Under the pieces are notes generated by a model. The model saw only the letters and a program-made list of their open reading frames with translations, searched no databases and had not been told where the DNA came from. A stretch of DNA of 64,000 nucleotides from an uncultured Candidatus Actinomarina sp. (lineage in GTDB: Bacteria; Actinomycetota; Acidimicrobiia; Actinomarinales; Actinomarinaceae), in NCBI GenBank assembly GCA_902635945.1, contig CACPPU010000001.1:364955-428954 (forward strand), given 5' to 3'. A program made the position numbers and the translations under genes. This document shows, one piece after another, positions 44,201 through 53,477 of the stretch (position 1 is its first letter; every line of letters begins with the position of its first letter).

Positions 44201-44772
44201 ATCGACACTTCACTCTTGTCTACCATTACCGCGTCAAATACAATTTCATATTTTGCAAACTTTTCAATATAGTAATTCATTTTATTTTCAAAACCCCATC
44301 TGGAAGGAGAAACTAGACATAGTTGAAAATTTCGAAGAATATCAGCACTTTCAGAATCTAAATCAAAATCTTTATAAGTATCCACCCAAACCCATTTAAC
44401 TTTGTCAGTAAAACTTGGAAGATTATAAACACTTTCAAATTTAGAAAACCTTAAACTTAGATAGTTGCCAAAATGTTCATGATTTTGAAGAAGGTATGGA
44501 AATTCAATATCAAGTAAAAAAAAATTTGAGATAGATTTTTTTTTGAGGCTATTTAATACTTGTTGCTCTACACCGGCTTCTTTAATGTTAACTACAAGTA
44601 ATTTATGTTGGAAATGCTTTATAAATTCATCAAATTTATCTTTATATATTCCAAAATCATGACCAAGAACAAGTTGTCCTTCATTTCCCCTAACATCAAT
44701 TTCTACACCATATTCAATGGGTATATCCTTTAATGCCTCAATAGTATTTACTCTATGAATTATCTTTATCAT
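44197..44772 (-). CDS. Glycerophosphodiester phosphodiesterase (GDPD / PI-PLC-like) domain protein
   Basis: 191 aa. The block IIHRVNTIEALKDIPIEYGVEIDVRGNEGQLVLGHD fits the HR..N...E.DV....HD GDPD signature. Confidence 0.5.
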   Translation of the reverse strand: MIKIIHRVNTIEALKDIPIEYGVEIDVRGNEGQLVLGHDFGIYKDKFDEFIKHFQHKLLVVNIKEAGVEQQVLNSLKKKSISNFFLLDIEFPYLLQNHEHFGNYLSLRFSKFESVYNLPSFTDKVKWVWVDTYKDFDLDSESADILRNFQLCLVSPSRWGFENKMNYYIEKFAKYEIVFDAVMVDKSEVSI

Positions 44773-44786
44773 GATAGAATATTTTA

Positions 44787-46325
44787 GTGAATGTTAGTAA
44801 TAAAAACTTAGCTAAATTTACAAATTCGATATTTCAATATTTATCAATAGGTTTATTGATTTTTTACTTTGTTAATAATATAAAAAATAATATTTATGAG
44901 GTTTTATTTATTGACGAAAGAATGCTCATTGATGATATATATAATGTTTGGCTTATTGAAGACTTGTATAATAGATTCTCAAATATTTCAAATCAATCAC
45001 TAAAAAATATATTAATTGTTTTTATAGAGCTAGCTTATGGTGGAGATTTAAGATATGGAAGACTTTGGTCTAATTTTTTCACAATATTAGTAGGTCCAAC
45101 AACTTTTTTAAGTGACACTGTAGTTATACTATTTTCACGATTTATAAATTCTTTACTATTTTTTTCAGGAGCTTACTTACTCTCAAAGTATTTAGTTGAA
45201 AAAAAATACATGTGGTTAAGTGTTTTTACTATTTACTCATTTGCATCTGTAGAATTTATACACAGAGTTCCAAAACCTGACCCAATGGTAGTAATATTCG
45301 TTGCTCTAGGTATTAAATATTTAACAAATAAAAAGTATTATCACTCAATTTTTTTTCTTGCTATTGCAAGTTTTTTAAAAATTAACGCAATAATAGCTTT
45401 CTTTTTTTTATGGATTTATATATTTCTTAAATCAAATGAAAATAAAATAAGTTTGATATTTAAAACTTCTTTAATAACTTTAGGGTCTTTGTTTATTGTT
45501 AATCCAATACTATTAATACCACCTCTGAGTTTGGGAGGAAATCAAATACCAAATTTTTATAAGATATATTTTAATTGGTTAACCACGCAAGGCTCCAACT
45601 CAGACGAAGTATTTTTTAGCTTTAATTTTTTTATGAACTGGATTGAGGAATTATCTTTATTTTATAAATTTCCAAACAAACTTCTTTTCTTGATCATAAT
45701 TGTTATTCTTCTAGGCTTAGCTTTTAAAGAAATTATTAGCTCCTCTGATGGTTTATCCAAATATTTACTTTTAATATTTTGTTTTTATATATTCTTTTAC
45801 TTCTTTTTTATTGAAAGAGCATGGACGCATTATTTGCACTTACCTTTTTCTTTATTATTAATTGCATTCCTAAGGGTCTTTAAAAAAAGGAAAAATTCTT
45901 TAATACCTACTATCTTAATTATCCTACTTGCGTCAATAGGAAATATTTCAAATATGGATAGATTTTTAAATGATAAAACTTTCAATATGAATGATAGGCT
46001 AAATTATGTATCTGTTGAAACACAAAACGATGCACAAAAAATTATTGATATAATCATCAATGAAATAAAGTCGATCTATAAAGAAAATGAACATTTAAAT
46101 AAAAATTTAGTTTATTGGCACCCAGACTTAATAACCCCAAGAAATAAAGTGACCTATAATGAAAGTTTTTATGTCCGTGAATATTGGGGAGATAAAAATA
46201 AGGTTAACACTGCAATTGAAGAGGCCGATATCTTTGTAACTTATACTGATTACGAAGTATCAGATTTTATAGTTAAAAAAAATATTGAAAACTTTTATAT
46301 TTATTACTTTAAGAAGGTAAATTAA
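44787..46325 (+). CDS. Large polytopic membrane protein, GT-C-like candidate
   Basis: 512 aa with about 11 TM segments. It has an early acidic loop (FIDERMLIDDIYN) and a C-terminal soluble domain. Confidence 0.4.
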   Translation: MNVSNKNLAKFTNSIFQYLSIGLLIFYFVNNIKNNIYEVLFIDERMLIDDIYNVWLIEDLYNRFSNISNQSLKNILIVFIELAYGGDLRYGRLWSNFFTILVGPTTFLSDTVVILFSRFINSLLFFSGAYLLSKYLVEKKYMWLSVFTIYSFASVEFIHRVPKPDPMVVIFVALGIKYLTNKKYYHSIFFLAIASFLKINAIIAFFFLWIYIFLKSNENKISLIFKTSLITLGSLFIVNPILLIPPLSLGGNQIPNFYKIYFNWLTTQGSNSDEVFFSFNFFMNWIEELSLFYKFPNKLLFLIIIVILLGLAFKEIISSSDGLSKYLLLIFCFYIFFYFFFIERAWTHYLHLPFSLLLIAFLRVFKKRKNSLIPTILIILLASIGNISNMDRFLNDKTFNMNDRLNYVSVETQNDAQKIIDIIINEIKSIYKENEHLNKNLVYWHPDLITPRNKVTYNESFYVREYWGDKNKVNTAIEEADIFVTYTDYEVSDFIVKKNIENFYIYYFKKVN

Positions 46326-46356
46326 ATGCCTTACAATCAATGCAAGCTTCTAAACA

Positions 46357-47718
46357 ATGAAAAATAATAAATTAATTTCTTCTTTAAATTCCAAAAATGG
46401 ATTCAATTTTTTTTTCTTTCTTTACTTCCCTCTTTTATTTTTTTTTGTTTATAAAACTTCTAAAACCCTGCCTCCTTTTCGTGATGAGATAGTTTCACTA
46501 ACTGCTAACGTAGGTTTCTTTTTAAATGGTTTAAATTTTGAAGGTCCTGTAGATACAATTTTTGAAGGTCTTTATAATCCTTATTTAACTTCTCCCCCTT
46601 TATCAGCCGTTGGAAGTTCCCTGGCTTGGATGTTTACTGACAATTTTGACATCCTACGCATTTCAAATTTTGTATGGGTACTTACAGTTCAGTTAATTTT
46701 TTCATCATATATTTCTAAAATATATGATTTGGAGTATAAAAAACTAATAGTTTTTTCAAGCTTTACTTTAGTTGCTTTTCCATTTTGGTTTGGTTCACTA
46801 TATTCTTTGGGAGAAACTATTAGCATTATTATATTTTTTAATTCCCTTCTTTTATATAAAACTTATCCAAAAATTAGTGTTTTCTTAATGGGATTAATAG
46901 TATTTTTTGGTAAAGGTATTTTAGCTGTACTTTTTATATTTTTTTATATTCTTAATCTATTAGTCAATAAAGAAATTAAAAAAACTCCTGTAGAGCTACT
47001 AATATTCTTGATTCCATCAGCAATCTGGTTGTGTTTAATAATTTTTAAATCTGATTACAAAAATATTTTCGAATACATGGATCACTTCATAATTATGTAT
47101 AAAAGTATGGATAGCCAGATAGGTAATTTAGGAATTCTAGGGATTTTTAATCTTCGAAACATTGTTCAAAATTTTCAAAACTCGGGTGTTTTGAGTTGGA
47201 ACACTAGTGTTATTTTAAGAGTGTTTCTACCTCCTATTTTGTTATTTTTAGTTTTACTTCTTAAAAAAGGTAGAAATATGATGCTTGATACTAGCCAACT
47301 AGTTTATTTTGTTGGAGCATTAGCGCCATTGTATGGCTGGTTTATCTTAGTATCGCCTGAAAAACCTATAATTTACGCTACTCATTTTACGTTTCCTTTG
47401 TTGATGTTTTCTTTTTATTTATTATCAAGAAAAAATTTAGAAATAGAATTAATAAACAATTCTGCTTTCTTTATTTGCTGTCTATATATGACTTCCAATG
47501 TGTTATTTATACTTTCTATAATATTTTTAATTTTAATAAATATTAGTAAAAAATTTAATTACTCTGCTGTAATCATTTTAATTTTCTTAAGCTTGCTTAA
47601 TTCAACATATGAAGTTCAACAAGAAAAAGCTTACTCAGTGAATTTAAACGAATGTAAAAAAAATATATCCTCTAATGAATGTTTCGAATATTTAATGAAT
47701 GTAAAGGAAAATAATTAA
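46357..47718 (+). CDS. Large polytopic membrane protein, GT-C-like candidate
   Basis: 453 aa with about 12 TM segments. It has an early loop FRDEIVSLTANVGFF. Confidence 0.4.
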   Translation: MKNNKLISSLNSKNGFNFFFFLYFPLLFFFVYKTSKTLPPFRDEIVSLTANVGFFLNGLNFEGPVDTIFEGLYNPYLTSPPLSAVGSSLAWMFTDNFDILRISNFVWVLTVQLIFSSYISKIYDLEYKKLIVFSSFTLVAFPFWFGSLYSLGETISIIIFFNSLLLYKTYPKISVFLMGLIVFFGKGILAVLFIFFYILNLLVNKEIKKTPVELLIFLIPSAIWLCLIIFKSDYKNIFEYMDHFIIMYKSMDSQIGNLGILGIFNLRNIVQNFQNSGVLSWNTSVILRVFLPPILLFLVLLLKKGRNMMLDTSQLVYFVGALAPLYGWFILVSPEKPIIYATHFTFPLLMFSFYLLSRKNLEIELINNSAFFICCLYMTSNVLFILSIIFLILINISKKFNYSAVIILIFLSLLNSTYEVQQEKAYSVNLNECKKNISSNECFEYLMNVKENN

Positions 47719-47732
47719 ATTTATAAATTAAC

Positions 47733-48425
47733 TTAATTACCAGAATTAAATACGACATCCATAGAATTATTTAAATTACTATTAGTAATTTTTTCAGAAA
47801 CTACTGTGTCCGTGAGGTTGTTATCAATTAAATAACATTCAGCATTATATTGTTTTAACCAATAATGTAGGTCGTTCTCATAGCTATCACCAAATGCAAA
47901 TACTTTATAACCATTTTTAAAATATTTATCCACCGTTGGATTAACAAAATTAAAGAATTCCATGTTTGGTTTTTCAAACCCCGCTTCTTCAGAAGTAATT
48001 ATTTCATCAAAAATATCAATTCCCCACGCATTAATCTTTCTTAGTTGTATATCTAAATTTTGATTTGTAAATAGAATATAGACATTTTCTTTATTTTTTT
48101 CTATTTTTAATCTCTTAATTGCTTTTTCCTGCAATTTAGCATTTTTTATAAATTCCTTCCAGTATATATTTTCGATTTTAATGATTTCATTTAGACTTAA
48201 TTTTTTTGAAAACATTTTCTTAAAATATATTAATTTTGAATGTTTTGACGGACTCATAGGAATCTCATCTTGAGTTTTTAATTTTGATTTTTCATATGAA
48301 TTTTTAAATTCCTCAAAAGATTCAAAGACTTCTTGATATTCAAAGGATTTTTCCAGTCCAGTACTATGACTATGGTCGTATGAGTAGAAAGTATTATCCA
48401 AATCAAGAATTAGTAAACGTTTCAT
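47733..48425 (-). CDS. HAD-superfamily hydrolase/phosphatase
   Basis: Motif I is LILDLDNTFY (DxDxT), motif II-like is LFTNQN, and motif IV is FGDSYENDL. Confidence 0.7.
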   Translation of the reverse strand: MKRLLILDLDNTFYSYDHSHSTGLEKSFEYQEVFESFEEFKNSYEKSKLKTQDEIPMSPSKHSKLIYFKKMFSKKLSLNEIIKIENIYWKEFIKNAKLQEKAIKRLKIEKNKENVYILFTNQNLDIQLRKINAWGIDIFDEIITSEEAGFEKPNMEFFNFVNPTVDKYFKNGYKVFAFGDSYENDLHYWLKQYNAECYLIDNNLTDTVVSEKITNSNLNNSMDVVFNSGN

Positions 48426-50374
48426 AATTTATTTTCAAATTTTCTATTTAATAAAAATAAAACAATTGCTAATTTAAAAACCAGCTCTGCATCTTCATGA
48501 CTCGATAATTTACTAATATCAAATTTTTTACTTTTAAGATTATGGATATCCTGCGTAAAGGTATTAAAAAATTTTTCAGATTTATTTTTGTTGACATCTA
48601 ACTGAAAATTTATGTATTCTTCATGACTGTTTGGTTTTTGGATATTCATATCTTCAATTTGATTAATCAAAACCTTGAACTCATAAAAATATTGACTTTT
48701 CAAAAAAATATCAAAAGAAACTCTGTCCTTATCTCTTAATATTGTTTTAATATTTATATCTGAAGACATCTGTTGGGGAACTATATATTTTGAAAAATCA
48801 TCTCTCCTTTTTTTTATTTCTAAATTAATTTTTTGTTCAGATTTTTTTCTTTCTAAATCACGCTTTAATTTTGCCTCATCTTTGATTTTTTGTTCTACAT
48901 CTAAAAAAACATTTAAATCAAACCTTTTGTTTAGATCATTAAAATATAAGGAGTGTAGCCCTTCAATAATCAAAAAGTCTTTAATTCTTTTTTTATTTGT
49001 TGAATCAAATTTTCCAGTTAAATGATTGTAATTTTGTATTATTTGAGTTTCTCCATTAATCAAACTTAATATAGTTTTTTTAAATTCAAGTAAATTGTTC
49101 ATTTCTGGATTTAAATGTGTGCTTGTTTCCCAGGCAGGATCGTTTCTTTCATATTTGTGAAAGCTGTCTAATTCAACTTTATCAACAAATTTACTTCCAA
49201 AAAACTGTTCTAAAATATTCGAGAAAGTCGTTTTTCCTGTTGCTGAATCACCGGCAATAGAAATTATTATTGGTGATGATTTAATTTTGAAATATATATT
49301 CTTATCTAAAACTTGTATTGAATAGTAAAGAATAATTATGCTTGTTGTATAAATTAAAAAATCAAAAATACCCATATAAAATTCATTTATATATATAAAT
49401 TCATTTTCTTGATTTGAAACAACTAATAAAGAGAAGAGGGACATAATAAGTATTTTGACCTTATATTCAAATGAAAAGAATAGAACTAAAAATGCTGGAA
49501 ATGACCACAGTAACCACCCAATATTTGAGAGATTTGTAATATATATTGGAAAAGTCATAAAACCAGTAAATATGCAAACACCAATAAAATCTAATCTATG
49601 AATATTTTTCCAGTACATAAAAATGGTGAAGCTCAAAAATACTAATATAAATAAAAGACTGTTGCTTAAAATATTTGATGAATCGCTAACAACTAAAAAT
49701 CCTTTATTTATTCCATAAAAAATGGTTTCTCTATAATTTAAATCTATTAAAAATTGGAAGTTAAATAATACAGTCAAAAAAATGGTGTAGATCACAGTGT
49801 TTAAAACTTCACTTGATGTTTCGTCAAACTTAAGAAAATACAAAAGCACAATTGGAAGTAGTATTATAAATATAATTTTGGAACTAAATGATAATATCAA
49901 AAATATGATCGAATATTTTTTATTTTTTTCTTTTAAAAAGTATAAAGAAATCATAAAAAATGTGAGGGGTATAAAATCTAACTGACCCAAAATCCCAATT
50001 GAATAAATCAGAAGAGGATTAAGAATAAGTATTAAGTATAAATTTTTATCAGATATTTTAAATATTTCTTTTAATGTAAATATAAGTACTAATTCAAAAA
50101 CCAAATAACTTAAATTAACAAAAGAAACATTTAGTAAATTACCAGTGAAATAAAAAGGAAGTAAAACAAAATACATTAAATTACTGTATGGAAATGATAG
50201 ATAAGATTTATCTAAAAACTCAATGCCATCATATGGGTTTATACAACTAATAAAATCTTTGCATTGACTAAAGAAACTTGTATACCTGGCTACCTCCAAA
50301 TTCGGACTAAAATTCAATAAAATCAAATATTTAATCAACAATAAACTAATTAAAAAATATTTCTTATCTAGCAT
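48422..50374 (-). CDS. Fusion protein: N-terminal polytopic (GT-C/DUF2029-like) membrane domain plus C-terminal phosphoribulokinase/uridine-kinase-family P-loop kinase
   Basis: 650 aa. Residues about 1-365 are hydrophobic. The C-terminal part has the Walker A site IISIAGDSATGKTT, then LDSFHKYERND, LIIEGLH and IVPQQ, as in the PRK/UDK family (PF00485-like, by eye). Confidence 0.6.
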   Translation of the reverse strand: MLDKKYFLISLLLIKYLILLNFSPNLEVARYTSFFSQCKDFISCINPYDGIEFLDKSYLSFPYSNLMYFVLLPFYFTGNLLNVSFVNLSYLVFELVLIFTLKEIFKISDKNLYLILILNPLLIYSIGILGQLDFIPLTFFMISLYFLKEKNKKYSIIFLILSFSSKIIFIILLPIVLLYFLKFDETSSEVLNTVIYTIFLTVLFNFQFLIDLNYRETIFYGINKGFLVVSDSSNILSNSLLFILVFLSFTIFMYWKNIHRLDFIGVCIFTGFMTFPIYITNLSNIGWLLWSFPAFLVLFFSFEYKVKILIMSLFSLLVVSNQENEFIYINEFYMGIFDFLIYTTSIIILYYSIQVLDKNIYFKIKSSPIIISIAGDSATGKTTFSNILEQFFGSKFVDKVELDSFHKYERNDPAWETSTHLNPEMNNLLEFKKTILSLINGETQIIQNYNHLTGKFDSTNKKRIKDFLIIEGLHSLYFNDLNKRFDLNVFLDVEQKIKDEAKLKRDLERKKSEQKINLEIKKRRDDFSKYIVPQQMSSDINIKTILRDKDRVSFDIFLKSQYFYEFKVLINQIEDMNIQKPNSHEEYINFQLDVNKNKSEKFFNTFTQDIHNLKSKKFDISKLSSHEDAELVFKLAIVLFLLNRKFENKL

Positions 50375-51289
50375 GTGTATAAGTATTATAAATTAGCATT
50401 ACATACTATGGAAAGTTTTATTAATTATTCAAAAAAGGTTGGGAGTAACTTTCTTTTATGCCAAGGGCCTGGTGGAAATACAAGTATAAAAATAGAAAAA
50501 AAAGTATTAATTAAGAAATCCGGATATTTATTAAGTGATTCAAAAAATAAGAACATATTTAAAAAGGTAAATTTGAAAGATATAAATAGTTTTTATGAAA
50601 AAATAAATAATGAAAATAAATTTGATAAATCACTTTCTATAGAAACCCCCTTGCATATTTTGCTAAATTCAAAATATGTCTTTCACTATCACAGTATTGC
50701 TTCAATTTTAATTTCTGCAATTTACAAAAAAAATACCTTGGATCACGAATTATTAAAAAATAATATACTTCCGATAAGATATATAAGACCGGGAGTGAAA
50801 TTAGCAAACGAAATAAGAAAAATTAACAAAGATCATAATTTTAAATCTTTTTTTCTTTACAACCATGGAATTGTTATTGAAGATAACAATGTAGAAAGGC
50901 TTTACAAAAATATTTTAAATACTGAAAGTATTTTTTCAAAATTAATTGATTATAAGAAACTTAAAGTTACAGCAAGAGAAGTTTTAAATTTAGATATTGA
51001 AAATAATAAAGTTAGAAATATTTACCCAAATATAGAATATAAAAAATTTAAAGACAAATTTTTATTTCCTGATCACCCAGTATTTTTTCCTAATTCATTT
51101 AATTACGATGACAACTATATTTATTTAAACAAAAAATTGAATTCTGTAGAATCAATATACTTCAAAACCCTTCTTATCCTTTATGTTCTAATAGATAACA
51201 ATAAGATAGAAAATTATATAAAAAAAGAAACGGGTAGGGAACTTAGAAACTCAGAAGATGAACAATTGAGAATACAACTAAACAAATGA
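50375..51289 (+). CDS. Class II aldolase/adducin-N-terminal-domain-like protein (aldolase or sugar-phosphate epimerase)
   Basis: The blocks LCQGPGGNTSIK and KKSGYLL parallel the GGGNTS.K ... KGSG motifs of aldolase-domain proteins. The tracked GTG start abuts the divergent gene with zero spacing, so the ATG at 50408 (MESFINY) is the more likely start. Confidence 0.45.
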   Translation: MYKYYKLALHTMESFINYSKKVGSNFLLCQGPGGNTSIKIEKKVLIKKSGYLLSDSKNKNIFKKVNLKDINSFYEKINNENKFDKSLSIETPLHILLNSKYVFHYHSIASILISAIYKKNTLDHELLKNNILPIRYIRPGVKLANEIRKINKDHNFKSFFLYNHGIVIEDNNVERLYKNILNTESIFSKLIDYKKLKVTAREVLNLDIENNKVRNIYPNIEYKKFKDKFLFPDHPVFFPNSFNYDDNYIYLNKKLNSVESIYFKTLLILYVLIDNNKIENYIKKETGRELRNSEDEQLRIQLNK

Positions 51290-52782
51290 AAATTATTATA
51301 CCAATGACCGGAAGAAGTAAAAGATTTAAGGAAGCTGGTATTTCCTTACCTAAACAGTTTCTTCCAATTAACAACAAAACAATGATTGAACATACTTTGG
51401 ACATGTTCCCAGAAGAAAAAGATATAAACTTTATTGTTAGCAACGAAGATTATGACAACAGAGAATTCAAAAAATATTTCAAAATACTCTCAAAACACAA
51501 CATAGTAAAAATTGATTATCAAACTACAGGACCTGGAGGAGCTTTATTAGAGTCTAAATTGCTTGAAACTGAAGAATCTGTCCTAATAAACTATTGTGAT
51601 TTTGCAAATATCTGGGATTGGGAAAGTTTTAATAATTTTGCAAAACTAAATAATCCAGACGGTATTATTCCAGCTTATGTTGGGCTCCACCCTCATAGTA
51701 TATATGGTAACAACTATGCATTTCTCAAATTAGAAGAGGACAAAGTTACAGGCATACAAGAAAAAAATCCGTTCACTGAAGATAAGATGAATGAATATGC
51801 ATCATCTGGATCTTATTATTTTAAATCAGGTTTATCAGCAAAAAAATATATTGAGAAAAGCTTTGATAAGAAGCAATTTACTAATAATGAAATTTATATA
51901 AGTACACCATATCAGGAAATGATAAATGATAACTTAGATGTAAGAGTTTTTGAAATTGACCATTTCTTTCAATGGGGAACTCCAGAAGATTATACGGAAT
52001 TTATTTATGGTTTAGAAGAAGTAAAAAATATTGAATGTAAAAATAAAATTAATATCAATAACATAAATCTTTTAATACCTGCTGCAGGAGAAAGTAAGAG
52101 GTTTCGAGAAAAAAATTATAAAAAATCTAAAATTTATTTAGACATCAATGGTTCATCTATAATTACAAATATACTTAGCAGTATAAAAAGTGAATTTATA
52201 CCAAAAATATTAATACAAGAAAAAGATTTTTTAGAAAATGAGTTTAATTCATCTTCCTCTTCGATAGTAAGCATTCCTTTTAAAACAGAAGGTCAAGCTG
52301 ATAGTGCTCTTTTACTGATCGAACAAGTTGAAAATGACAAACCAATTTTAATTCATTCTTCTGACTGTATTTTAGACAAAAGAACGAAAATTCAAATTGA
52401 AGACAATGATGTAGTTGTATATACAAAAAGTGGTTATAGAAGAGCAGTAGAAAGCTACCGGCACTATGGATGGGTTAATTCAGAAGAGGGTGAAATTAAA
52501 AGCCTGTCGATTAAAACTAAACCTCAATCAAAAAATTCAAATGTCATTATTGGTACATTCCTTTTTAAAAATAAGGAAATATTTAAGGAGCTTTACAGCA
52601 GAACTAAGGAAGAAATACAAAAAGGTGAAATTCATATAGATCATCTTGTAAAAACTGCTTTAGAGGTTGGGTATGTAGTGAAAGAGGTGTCTTCTGATAA
52701 ATCAGTAATGCTAGGTGTACCCGTTGAGTATGAATTATTTAAATATATGCAACATGTCTATTACTATTTAAGAAATAAATGA
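51286..52782 (+). CDS. Tandem double nucleotidyltransferase-domain protein (sugar-phosphate nucleotidylyltransferase-like)
   Basis: 498 aa. There are two N-terminal-type NTP-transferase signatures: IIIPMTGRSKRFKEAGISLPKQFLPI and LLIPAAGESKRFREKNYKKSKIYLDI. Confidence 0.6.
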   Translation: MKIIIPMTGRSKRFKEAGISLPKQFLPINNKTMIEHTLDMFPEEKDINFIVSNEDYDNREFKKYFKILSKHNIVKIDYQTTGPGGALLESKLLETEESVLINYCDFANIWDWESFNNFAKLNNPDGIIPAYVGLHPHSIYGNNYAFLKLEEDKVTGIQEKNPFTEDKMNEYASSGSYYFKSGLSAKKYIEKSFDKKQFTNNEIYISTPYQEMINDNLDVRVFEIDHFFQWGTPEDYTEFIYGLEEVKNIECKNKININNINLLIPAAGESKRFREKNYKKSKIYLDINGSSIITNILSSIKSEFIPKILIQEKDFLENEFNSSSSSIVSIPFKTEGQADSALLLIEQVENDKPILIHSSDCILDKRTKIQIEDNDVVVYTKSGYRRAVESYRHYGWVNSEEGEIKSLSIKTKPQSKNSNVIIGTFLFKNKEIFKELYSRTKEEIQKGEIHIDHLVKTALEVGYVVKEVSSDKSVMLGVPVEYELFKYMQHVYYYLRNK

Positions 52783-53477
52783 ATTTATTGACAATAGTAA
52801 TTCCTTGTTTTAACGAAAAGGAATCTTTGCCTTTTTTAATTGAAAAATTGAATCAAGTAAGTGAAAAAATTAACTTCATCATTGTAGATAATGGATCTAC
52901 TGATGGTTCAAAAAAATACTTAGAGAGTACAAAAATAACCAAAAAAAATATAAGTCTTTATTTTATTGAAAAGAATAAAGGCTATGGTGCGGGTATTTTT
53001 AAAGCTCTAAATTTGATAGAAGATTCCAAATATATTGGGTGGATCCATGGTGACCTCCAATTTGATTTTGATAAATTAGAAAATACAGTTGAATTTTTTG
53101 AAAAAGCAAATAATAAAGACCTCATCTTTTACAAGGGTGTTCGGATAGGTAGAAATAAAATAGACAGATTTTTTTCGTACTTTATGGGCATATTTGGAAG
53201 CTTGGTAATGAATTACAATTTTTACGAAATCAATGCCCAGCCAACTATTTTCAATAAAGTCTTAATTGAAAATGCGAAAAATGTACCAAATGACTTCAGG
53301 TTTGATACATATATATACTGGCTTGCGTTGAAAAATAATTACACAATCTCAAGAGAAAAGTTTGAATTTCCTCAAAGAAAATTTGGAAATTCAAATTGGG
53401 ATTATGGGATAGGATCAAAATTAAAATTTTCATATATTTTATTTAAATATTTTTTTAAATTAAGAAAAACTATTTAA
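52779..53477 (+). CDS. GT2, Dpm1/GtrB-like polyprenyl-phosphate sugar synthase
   Basis: LTIVIPCFNEKESLPFL, IIVDNGSTDGS, NKGYGAGI and IHGDLQFD are present. Confidence 0.65.
   Translation: MNLLTIVIPCFNEKESLPFLIEKLNQVSEKINFIIVDNGSTDGSKKYLESTKITKKNISLYFIEKNKGYGAGIFKALNLIEDSKYIGWIHGDLQFDFDKLENTVEFFEKANNKDLIFYKGVRIGRNKIDRFFSYFMGIFGSLVMNYNFYEINAQPTIFNKVLIENAKNVPNDFRFDTYIYWLALKNNYTISREKFEFPQRKFGNSNWDYGIGSKLKFSYILFKYFFKLRKTI

Noticed and set aside
36437-47718. Calling individual polytopic proteins Wzy polymerase, Wzx flippase or O-antigen ligase
   Set aside because: These families are too divergent to recognise by eye, and I saw no diagnostic motif. Assigning them would be guesswork, so generic GT-C-like/polytopic calls are kept.
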